NCBI GenBank assembly: GCA_964430885.1
Contig: CAYSHM010000003.1
Span: 32,001 to 96,000, forward strand
DNA: 64,000 bases
Source: an uncultured archaeon
GTDB taxonomy: Archaea > Thermoplasmatota > Penumbrarchaeia > JASLWR01
Direction of reading: 5' to 3'
Shown: positions 46,958 to 55,595 of the stretch, piece after piece
Layout of the letters: every line of letters begins with the position of its first letter
How positions within the stretch are numbered: position 1 is the stretch's first letter
The notes under the pieces: generated by a model
The model's input: the letters and a program-made list of their open reading frames with translations, nothing else
Database searches by the model: none
Told to the model about the DNA's origin: nothing
Position numbers and translations under genes: made by a program

Positions 46958-48853
46958 ATGTCAGGAAAAAACAACAAGAAAGAAAATGAGGAAATTAAAA
47001 AGGGCGAACTTTCAATTGAGATCGACAACCTATTCCCCATATTGAAGAAATGGATGTATTCCGAAAGAGATATTTTTCTGAGAGAGCTCATTGCAAATTC
47101 ACATGATGCAATAAAAAAGCTTCAGAATCTCACCCGGTTCGGGGAATATGACCAAACAATAGAAGCTCAGATCATTGTAGAAGTAGATAAAGAAAAGGGA
47201 ACCTTGACAGTCAGCGACAACGGATTGGGGATGACCGAAGATGAGATCTCCAGATACATAAACCAGGTAGCTTTTTCAGGTGTGAACGATTTTGTGAAAA
47301 AGTACATGGACAAGGATGAAAAAGATATCACAATTGGTTTTTTCGGGGTGGGATTCTATTCCTCCTTCATGGTCTCCAAGGAAGTGGAGATCCAAACATC
47401 ATCCTATAGGAACGATTCCGAACCAGTAAAATGGAATTGTGAAGGGACGCCCAGTTTTAAAATGGAAAAGGGAACTAGAAACAAAACCGGCACTGATGTG
47501 ATACTACACATAGATGATGAGAACAGCGATCTGCTTGACAAGAACACTGTTAAGAACATCATCAAAAAACACTGCAAATTCCTTCCCATTCCAATAAAGA
47601 TGGATGATGAACTCCTGAACGACCCGGAGCCTCTATGGCTGAAATCCCCCGCCTCTGTTGAAGAAGAGGATTATCAAAAATTCTATCGTGATCTCTATAA
47701 TACTTACCAGAATCCCCATTTCTGGGTCCACCTCAATATAGACTACCCATTCGACCTCAAAGGAATTCTGTATTTCCCAAAATTAGGCCATGAAATGGAA
47801 ACACCCCAGGAACAGATCAAGATCTACTGCAACCACATGTTCGTAACTGACCACAGCAAGGAACTGGTCCCTGAGTTCATGACCCTGCTGCAGGGAGCTC
47901 TGGACTCTCCTGACATACCCCTCAATATCTCAAGAAGTATGCTTCAAAGGGATTCGGTAGTAATAAAGATAGGTCAGCTCATCGTCAGCCAGGTAGCCAA
48001 GGAGCTTAAAGGAATTCATCGTGACGATCAGAAGAGATATGAAGAGATCTGGAAGGACATCGATCCAGTGGTGAAATATGGTTGTATGCAGGATGAAAAG
48101 TTCTACAAAAAGATGAAAGATGATTTGATCTTCAAGACAAACCAAGGTGGGATTACTACCTTAAAGGATTATATGGATCGAAATGAGGAAAAAAATGCGG
48201 AACTCATATTCTATTCCACCGATGAAATAAAGCAGAAATCATATCTGAATCTCTTGAAAGAAAATGATCTCGAAGCCTTGATCATGGATTCCGTGATCGA
48301 TCCCCATTTCATTCAATTTCTGGAACAGGCAGAGGGAAATATCAGGTTCACTCGTGTAGATTCTGACATAAGCAGATTCATACAGAAAACAAATGATGAG
48401 GACGCGGAGATCCCGGGAAATAAATCCAATATGCCCAAATCCAAAAAGAAGACGGCGGACGAAAAGGAAAAGATAAAGGAGCTGTTCAAAAAATATATCG
48501 AGAATGAGGGGCTCAATGTTGAGGTGGAGGAACTGAAGACCGACCGAATTCCAGGAATAATCGTCATTGAGGAACTTATGAGAAGATTCGAGGACATGAG
48601 CAAACTGACAAAGACACAAGTATTCGGTTACAATCCCCAGCATGTCCTTGTGATAAATTCCAGGAACCAGGTCATCAAGAACCTCCTCAAATTGTACAGG
48701 GGTAGAAAAAAGGATAGGGAAGCGCGAATGGAGGCCTTGTGCAGGACGGTTTACGACATGGCTCTTCTGGGCCAGGGAAAGCTTCAGGGAGAAAAACTCA
48801 CAGAATTCCTGGATAGGACCGAGGAAATAATGAAGAAGTTCAGTGAACTCTGA
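46958..48853 (+). CDS. htpG: Molecular chaperone HtpG (Hsp90)
   Basis: FLRELIANSHDA, DNGLGM, IGFFGVGFYS, PLNISRSMLQ; ATG after AGGTGA. Confidence 0.96.
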   Translation: MSGKNNKKENEEIKKGELSIEIDNLFPILKKWMYSERDIFLRELIANSHDAIKKLQNLTRFGEYDQTIEAQIIVEVDKEKGTLTVSDNGLGMTEDEISRYINQVAFSGVNDFVKKYMDKDEKDITIGFFGVGFYSSFMVSKEVEIQTSSYRNDSEPVKWNCEGTPSFKMEKGTRNKTGTDVILHIDDENSDLLDKNTVKNIIKKHCKFLPIPIKMDDELLNDPEPLWLKSPASVEEEDYQKFYRDLYNTYQNPHFWVHLNIDYPFDLKGILYFPKLGHEMETPQEQIKIYCNHMFVTDHSKELVPEFMTLLQGALDSPDIPLNISRSMLQRDSVVIKIGQLIVSQVAKELKGIHRDDQKRYEEIWKDIDPVVKYGCMQDEKFYKKMKDDLIFKTNQGGITTLKDYMDRNEEKNAELIFYSTDEIKQKSYLNLLKENDLEALIMDSVIDPHFIQFLEQAEGNIRFTRVDSDISRFIQKTNDEDAEIPGNKSNMPKSKKKTADEKEKIKELFKKYIENEGLNVEVEELKTDRIPGIIVIEELMRRFEDMSKLTKTQVFGYNPQHVLVINSRNQVIKNLLKLYRGRKKDREARMEALCRTVYDMALLGQGKLQGEKLTEFLDRTEEIMKKFSEL

Positions 48854-48964
48854 GGGCATTTTATGATTATTTCCTGACAGAAATATAAATATAAAATATG
48901 ATATGAACATATATTACTCACTCTGAGGGAAGAGTTACCTTTTAACATTAACCCGGAGGATCAA

Positions 48965-50185
48965 ATGAGGAAAAAGGTCCATATAATCGACTATGAGAGC
49001 GGTAAAAGCGTCACTCTGATAATTGACGATGAAGAAACCATCGATTCTATTGTAAAGAAGGCAAAGGAATACTGGTTGAAAAAGGGCAGTTATGAGATCA
49101 CTTATGGGGGGGAATGGTTAATGCCGCTTTACACTGTTAGGGACTACGAAATCGAGGAGGAAGCATTTCTTAAACTGCAGCACCGGGACACACTAGGGAA
49201 AGTTAAGAAAAAGAGCTTGGCATCAACCCAGCCCGAGGGAATTGAATATCCTGAAGAATGTCCCCAGTGCGGGAAGGTCAAATTCAGATTCCTTTCACAA
49301 AATGAATTCCAGTGCAATATATGCGGTGGGGTAGTTCAAAAAATCAGCAGCGGTTACTCCATGGACCCCTTGGATTCTTTCCTTTCGGAAGATGATTCCT
49401 TCATGACCACTGATGATCCCAACCGGATTATTGAAGAGAGGGAGTCCGAGACCCATCGACTGTATGGAGACATTTACCGCAGCAGGAATTCCCCGGGATA
49501 TTATGGCAACAATACGGCAGATAATGATAATATTTGGGAGGAGAACCCGGAATTCGAAGGGGATTCACTCCAGTATAACAGACCCCCTTCCAGCAGCGGA
49601 CCCCGTATAATTGAACCTGACGAGCGGGACATCTTCCATGATGAAGACGAACTGCTCACTTCTGAGCACAATGAACCTAATGATGAATTTCCCGATGCCA
49701 TCCCTACCTTGACCCCAGTTGTACAGAAAGAAAGAGGGCCGATATGCGATAAATGCGGCATGGAGCTCCGCTACATCTCAAATTATGACAGCTGGTGGTG
49801 CGACAGCTGCAAGAAATATCTGGGGGAGGAAATGAACTATCATTCTCCCGGAAAACCTACCATACTTCCCGCAAAGGAAAAGAAAGTTATTCGGATAATA
49901 GGACCTGAAACGAACAAAACTTCATCACCAGATATAATCGCCGTCCCTCCCGAACCTGACGATAATGTGTATCTGGTCGATCAAGGGGAGAAATGGTTAA
50001 TTAAATTTATGAAGATGTCCGAACCAATTCTTGAGAGATCTGCCGTAATAAATGGTAGTTTCAGAGCACAATACAGGGATGAAAATGGGCGATTCTGCGT
50101 ACTTAAAATGGAAATGAACGGCGATAATATCGAGCCTCTTTTTTACAGTACATCACCCCCGCCAGACGAACTTTTTCAGGAATAA
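48965..50185 (+). CDS. Ubiquitin-like domain plus two Zn ribbons plus C-terminal domain
   Basis: N-terminal beta-grasp pattern SVTLIIDDEETIDSIV...YGGEWL...TVRDYEIEE...LKL; CPQC/CNIC; CDKC/CDSC; GGAGG RBS. Confidence 0.8.
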   Translation: MRKKVHIIDYESGKSVTLIIDDEETIDSIVKKAKEYWLKKGSYEITYGGEWLMPLYTVRDYEIEEEAFLKLQHRDTLGKVKKKSLASTQPEGIEYPEECPQCGKVKFRFLSQNEFQCNICGGVVQKISSGYSMDPLDSFLSEDDSFMTTDDPNRIIEERESETHRLYGDIYRSRNSPGYYGNNTADNDNIWEENPEFEGDSLQYNRPPSSSGPRIIEPDERDIFHDEDELLTSEHNEPNDEFPDAIPTLTPVVQKERGPICDKCGMELRYISNYDSWWCDSCKKYLGEEMNYHSPGKPTILPAKEKKVIRIIGPETNKTSSPDIIAVPPEPDDNVYLVDQGEKWLIKFMKMSEPILERSAVINGSFRAQYRDENGRFCVLKMEMNGDNIEPLFYSTSPPPDELFQE

Positions 50186-50316
50186 AAAACCATGTTGGTG
50201 GAAACCAGAACATATCATTGAATTACACCAGTAACTTTTAAGTAGAGCAAAGGCTATACTTGGAGATGGTATAAATATTAAAAATCTATAGAATATGTAA
50301 TACGGAGGAAAACAAT

Positions 50317-53300
50317 ATGAGTAGATTATTGAGAAGCAGTATTGCACTGCTGGTGGCTTTGTGTTTCCTTATCCCCGCAGTGAGCGGGATTATGGGAGAA
50401 AGCGAAGAGCAGCCGATAATTGAAACAAACACAATTGAAGAATGGAGAAATCCAAACATGAACAGTTTCAGCTCAAACCCTGACAAATCACCAGTTAGCG
50501 GAGAGCTGCCACAATTGAAAGCCCATAGAGAGAGACAGACAAGGGCCACGCGAGCAGACAACGATGTAGGATTCGATCTCGATGCTACACCATTATTCAC
50601 CGATCTGTCCGATGCGACCTATGATCTTCTTTATATAGATATGCAAGATGGCTATCGTGATTATTTCTGGGGTCACAATGGTCAGGAGATAACATACAAT
50701 CCTGTTGTAGAAAATCTTGGCAATTCCCAATTGAATTCCGTGACTCTCAGACTTGTTGTCACCTATGCGGATTTCGACGAGGGAAATGAAGCCTGGACCG
50801 TTACAGGACAGAATGAACTTATAAACACTACCAAAAATATAGGCCCTATCCCCGGCAACTCCAATACTACTGTAGAGGGTATTAACACCGATATCGGATG
50901 GAAACCTCTAGCAGGCATGAGAGTTAGGATCAATCTGAGGGTCGAGGTCGCTGGCGACCCGGACCCAGAGAACGATAAGCTATACTGGTGGCCGTACATA
51001 TACACTCATTACAATACGGTCGAGACACAAGCCGAGAAGGATATATTCACCCTCGGAGCCGGCTGGTCCACACCAACTCTGAATGCAGGTGAAGATACAC
51101 ACGCTGACCAGCACACAGGTCCCACAGTCCTTGAATCCTCACCCACTGCGACGGGCGATGCAGTTTTCAGCATGGATTTCAGCAACACCAGGGATCGGGT
51201 AATGCCTTTCTTCTTCCCCCTTGATTCTGGAAAGGGCGGATTGATGGGATGCATTTTCTCAGGCGCAGGAGCAACTTCCTCATGGGAGTTCGATCTTTAC
51301 AACACCACAACAAGTTCCTGGGAAGGCGGGGATACTGCACTTTCCGGAACACAGCCCATTAACGACGGATGGTATTCCTATCAGAGTACGGATGGAGGCA
51401 ATCCTCCCCAAGTATATCTCTTCAGGATGTACAGTATACTTTCGGATAACAGCGGAAACGGCGCAAAGGTGAAGGTCTCAGGACAGAACCTGTATCTTGA
51501 TGACTGGTGGTATTCCAGCATAGAGCCGGGAGCTGCTGAAGGATACGTACCTCAGGTAGATCCCCCCAGACCAATGGAATGGGGTTACGAGATCGACCTC
51601 CATGAGGACGAGGATACTCAGAAAGGTTTCGGACCTGGCAACACCACAACTTTCAACTATACGATACACAACATCGGTACAACTGCACAGGATTCCAACT
51701 ATCCCGGATATGTCCTCGGTGCTAACATCACTGACGTGAACATCGTGAACCTTACTTATCACGATGATATGATCTTGGACATCCCCGACCCGATCCTTAC
51801 GGATGACCTTGGCCCTGGAGAATATTATAACTTCTCCATCGAAGTAGAGATACCCGAGGATGCATTGGCCTCAGCCTATTTCGAGGACAACCCATACAAG
51901 ATCAATTTCGATACAACTGCGGATGTAGAGTCCAAACCCTTCCCCACAGTGCCGGCAATCGTCCCGATAGCCGGTAAGAACTACGATAATACCATCGACG
52001 AGGTTGAGATCAACGTTGGAGAGATCGTGGCTTTCGCTGTTTCATCTACTTTGGACAATCAGACCGCCGATAGAGGAACACAGCTGACCTACACACTCAC
52101 CGTTGAGAACAACGGTAACGTTAACCTGACAGAAGATCTCACACCCAGCAAGGATGCGGATGTGCAGGTCAGTCTGGGCGACATCACCACACAGGCGCTC
52201 GCACAGCCCAAGGCCCTCTGGCAGACAAGCGCTACACTCAGCACCCAGTCCTTGGATGTGGAGTATGAGGGCAGCGAAGATGTGACCGTAAGTGTCAGCA
52301 TTCCAGCCAACGCCTATGCAGGCTACTTCGTCCTTGATGTTGAGTTCGAGATCCCCGATTACGACCTCACCATCACAAAGACGCTGACGATCGGTGTCAA
52401 TCAGGTCTACGATATCGAGATGGACTTCGACACACAGCCTCCCGAGACCATCAAGGTCGATCCAAGCAAGGAAGCTGAGAGGACCATACAGGTAGCATCC
52501 GCACCCATCACCTTCGAGATCGGCAACAAGGGTAACGGCGTCGATACCGTTACAGTCGAGACCCTTGCCGATAAGACAGGAGACGACAGCTGGATCACTC
52601 TGGAAGAGGACAAGGAGACCATCGATATCGCAGCCGATGACGAAGAGAAGTTCTACGTGAACATCGTCGTCCCCGAGGACGCGGAACACGGTTATCACAA
52701 TTTCACCGTCCGCGTAACATCCGAGGGATGGGAAGATGACGAAGGAGAGGATATCGTCCTTGAGGAGACCATCACAATACTCGTTCAGAGACCTGATCTA
52801 ATGGTTGGAACAAAGATGGATTTCTCAGACAATCCACCTCAGGTCGGAAAGGAGACACAGATCAACGTGGTCATCTGGAACAACGGAAGCGCAAGAGCAG
52901 GAATTTTCCCCGTATTCTTCTATGTTGACGATGTTCTTGCAGGATACCAGACCGTTGCCGGACTTGACACCAACATACCCAAGAACCTTGATCCTTTCAC
53001 CTACACCTTCACAGACGATGTGGAATACGAGGTAAAGATTGTTGTTGACCCAACCACCGGAGCAACAGATCTGGCAAAAGGCAACATCAGTGAGATCAGA
53101 GAGGACAACAACGAGTTCACTAGGACCATCAAGGTAGTTGCGTCCGATCTTGTGATCGAGAACGCTGACTGGGATATCACCTGGCTGGACATCATGGATG
53201 ACGAGTACACCAGAATTGGTGCTGATGTCGGAAACTTCCTCTTCGAGGGAAAGAAGGACGTCCCCTACTCCATCACAATATCCGTGGCTAACACGGGTGA

Positions 53301-53652
53301 GGCTGATGCAGAGGATATCATGGTGAGATTCGAGGTCACCGACCAGACCACTCTGATAACCTATACATACTGGGAAGAGATATCCAAGCTTGCAGCAGGC
53401 AAAAATGACACCGTGACATTCACATGGACCCCAACAGATTACAAGAACGAATACTTCTTCGCATTCGATGTGGATCCGGACGATAACGTCACAGAGTCAG
53501 ACGACAGCAATAACGGATGGGACCTCAACGCAGACAGCGGTTACATATTCAAGACCGCAAAGAAGCCTTCCAAGGGCGGTCCGGGATTCGGATTGCTTCT
53601 GGCCATAATGGCCCTTGCCGGCGCCTGCATGGTTCTCTACAAGAGAAGGTAG
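50317..53652 (+). CDS. Large PGF-CTERM surface glycoprotein with Ig/CARDB domains (S-layer candidate)
   Basis: Signal peptide; xVENxGN Ig repeats; CARDB units; ends GGPGFGLLLAIMALAGACMVLYKRR; strong C-ending codon bias. Confidence 0.88.
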   Translation: MSRLLRSSIALLVALCFLIPAVSGIMGESEEQPIIETNTIEEWRNPNMNSFSSNPDKSPVSGELPQLKAHRERQTRATRADNDVGFDLDATPLFTDLSDATYDLLYIDMQDGYRDYFWGHNGQEITYNPVVENLGNSQLNSVTLRLVVTYADFDEGNEAWTVTGQNELINTTKNIGPIPGNSNTTVEGINTDIGWKPLAGMRVRINLRVEVAGDPDPENDKLYWWPYIYTHYNTVETQAEKDIFTLGAGWSTPTLNAGEDTHADQHTGPTVLESSPTATGDAVFSMDFSNTRDRVMPFFFPLDSGKGGLMGCIFSGAGATSSWEFDLYNTTTSSWEGGDTALSGTQPINDGWYSYQSTDGGNPPQVYLFRMYSILSDNSGNGAKVKVSGQNLYLDDWWYSSIEPGAAEGYVPQVDPPRPMEWGYEIDLHEDEDTQKGFGPGNTTTFNYTIHNIGTTAQDSNYPGYVLGANITDVNIVNLTYHDDMILDIPDPILTDDLGPGEYYNFSIEVEIPEDALASAYFEDNPYKINFDTTADVESKPFPTVPAIVPIAGKNYDNTIDEVEINVGEIVAFAVSSTLDNQTADRGTQLTYTLTVENNGNVNLTEDLTPSKDADVQVSLGDITTQALAQPKALWQTSATLSTQSLDVEYEGSEDVTVSVSIPANAYAGYFVLDVEFEIPDYDLTITKTLTIGVNQVYDIEMDFDTQPPETIKVDPSKEAERTIQVASAPITFEIGNKGNGVDTVTVETLADKTGDDSWITLEEDKETIDIAADDEEKFYVNIVVPEDAEHGYHNFTVRVTSEGWEDDEGEDIVLEETITILVQRPDLMVGTKMDFSDNPPQVGKETQINVVIWNNGSARAGIFPVFFYVDDVLAGYQTVAGLDTNIPKNLDPFTYTFTDDVEYEVKIVVDPTTGATDLAKGNISEIREDNNEFTRTIKVVASDLVIENADWDITWLDIMDDEYTRIGADVGNFLFEGKKDVPYSITISVANTGEADAEDIMVRFEVTDQTTLITYTYWEEISKLAAGKNDTVTFTWTPTDYKNEYFFAFDVDPDDNVTESDDSNNGWDLNADSGYIFKTAKKPSKGGPGFGLLLAIMALAGACMVLYKRR

Positions 53653-53689
53653 GTCAAAGAATTGAAATAACCGATCATAAAACGGTTAT

Positions 53690-53720
53690 GCCGTGTCCTT
53701 CGGGGCACGGCTTTTTTTTT
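53690..53720 (+). terminator. Strong hairpin (cUUCGg loop) plus T9
   Basis: GCCGTGTCC-TTCG-GGGCACGGC-TTTTTTTTT after the PGF-CTERM gene. Confidence 0.85.
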
Positions 53721-53862
53721 GGATTTTTTTTAGCGATTTATTAGGTTTAACAATATCATTTGCCGAAAATAATCTTCAAACCTCCATTTAACTTATACAG
53801 GAAAATTTTAAATATTCCCGAACTTCTCATATCGAGGTGTATAAGCTTATGGAGGCTACCAT

Positions 53863-55566
53863 ATGAAGATGATATATAATAGAATGAAATGGAACTCAAA
53901 AGGATCCGCGATATTGAGCACTGTATTGCTAATATTATCCGGAATAATGGCATTAATGATATGCCAATTTTCTTTCTTGCCCTTGGTAAACGGGGAAGAA
54001 CTGACTAGAAACGGCACATTGCCAGAAATGAACGATACAACTGAACTGCCTGACATTATTATGATAGGAGATGTCCTCAACTTCACCGTAATGTACATTG
54101 ATGGCGACGGGGATATCGGAGACGTTAGGATCAAGCTGGAATATGTAAACGCAACCAGAGGTATCGGAGACGGAGGCGACGGCGGTTATCATGCCATGGA
54201 ATATGCGGCAGGCGGGAATTTCTCAGAGGGCGTGGAATACTGGTTTGAGACCGATTTCATCAACCCTGGTACCTACAAATATACATTCAATGTCACCGAT
54301 ATGGAACTGAATGAGACCGTTGTGGAGAACGGAACCACTTTCAACGTGATAATCCCGGTCCCTGACGAAGGGGTTATAGAAGGACACGTCCATGGAATCG
54401 AGGGAAACAGCACTGTGCCCCTGGAAAACGCTGATGTGATCATATATTATCTGGACAACCAGGATAATAATACTTACTATTACAATTCGACAACCAACGC
54501 ATCAGGGTACTATATGGAGACCCTGCCAGTTATAGAGGAGGAATATCACATCTATGTGAACACCTCAGGCTATGCGGATTCAGATACTTCATCATTCTCA
54601 ATAACGACCATTGATAACCATACTGTCATTAATTTCACACTTGACAAGTTCACACCCCAACTTCCCGAGGATACCACTGGAGAAATTGAGGGATTAGTAA
54701 AGGACCAAAATGGTGCTGGAATAAATGGAGTGGTTATCAAATTGATAACTTATACCAAAGAAGCCGTCAACGGGTCCAATGCCACCCTTAAAACCTATCT
54801 CAATTTCACTGCAACTGCGAATGAAACCGGATCTTATCTCATTGAGAACATTCCTCCAGGTTATTGGGAATTATCCGCTGATGCCCTGAATTACGAACCA
54901 ATGTCAAAATTCGTGAATATCACAACTTCATTGTCAACCCTTGATATCACACTGAACATTCTTCCGTCTGTTGACATCTACACCGTTAGAGGATTTATAG
55001 ACCCTCCTGCATCTTCTATTGTGTTCTCAGGCCACGGCAAGGTTGCCCATAATGTCAGCTCTGGTGAATTTACAATAACCGAAGTGATAAACGGTAAGTA
55101 CAATCTGGATGTATCACATCCAGGATATGATGACAAAAAAGTAAGCATAAATGTCAATGGGAGCGATCTCTCTATCAACATAACACTTGATCTGAAAACA
55201 CAGGACGATAATGATACAAAAACTGTCCCTGTGGGTCCTGTTCTTGATGAGGACGGCAAACCTGTAGAAGGCGTTGTTATTGAGGTTGTTATAAATAATG
55301 TCACCTATAACGCGACCACAAATGAGAACGGTATCGCCACTCTCGTTATTCCCCTAGATAAAACCCTTGATAACAACACCAAGGTGAAGGGTACAAAGGA
55401 CGAGAACACAATAGAATGGAATTATACCGACGACATCCCCGCCTATACGGAGACCAATAAAGAATCTGAAGAAGGATCATCCGCCTTCGTGTGGATCGTG
55501 ATAATTATACTATGTGTTATCATTTTCATTGTCATCGGCGTGGTGCTGCTGACAAGAAAAGATTAA
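53863..55566 (+). CDS. Surface glycoprotein with carboxypeptidase-regulatory-like (transthyretin-fold) repeats and C-terminal TM
   Basis: Repeated G-I-G-V...TTNASGYY / ANETGSYLIENIPPG; many N-x-S/T sequons. Confidence 0.85.
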   Translation: MKMIYNRMKWNSKGSAILSTVLLILSGIMALMICQFSFLPLVNGEELTRNGTLPEMNDTTELPDIIMIGDVLNFTVMYIDGDGDIGDVRIKLEYVNATRGIGDGGDGGYHAMEYAAGGNFSEGVEYWFETDFINPGTYKYTFNVTDMELNETVVENGTTFNVIIPVPDEGVIEGHVHGIEGNSTVPLENADVIIYYLDNQDNNTYYYNSTTNASGYYMETLPVIEEEYHIYVNTSGYADSDTSSFSITTIDNHTVINFTLDKFTPQLPEDTTGEIEGLVKDQNGAGINGVVIKLITYTKEAVNGSNATLKTYLNFTATANETGSYLIENIPPGYWELSADALNYEPMSKFVNITTSLSTLDITLNILPSVDIYTVRGFIDPPASSIVFSGHGKVAHNVSSGEFTITEVINGKYNLDVSHPGYDDKKVSINVNGSDLSINITLDLKTQDDNDTKTVPVGPVLDEDGKPVEGVVIEVVINNVTYNATTNENGIATLVIPLDKTLDNNTKVKGTKDENTIEWNYTDDIPAYTETNKESEEGSSAFVWIVIIILCVIIFIVIGVVLLTRKD

Positions 55567-55595
55567 AAAGGTGAAAGGACAAATCAATAATACCC

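Noticed and set aside
48239-48910. 223-aa antisense ORF
   Set aside because: Shadow of htpG with no recognisable motifs.
46004-50185. Integrated element at tRNA-Val carrying htpG
   Set aside because: No integrase and no duplicated tRNA 3' end was found by eye in the window.
52042-52698. 218-aa antisense ORF
   Set aside because: Shadow produced by the codon bias of the surface-protein gene.
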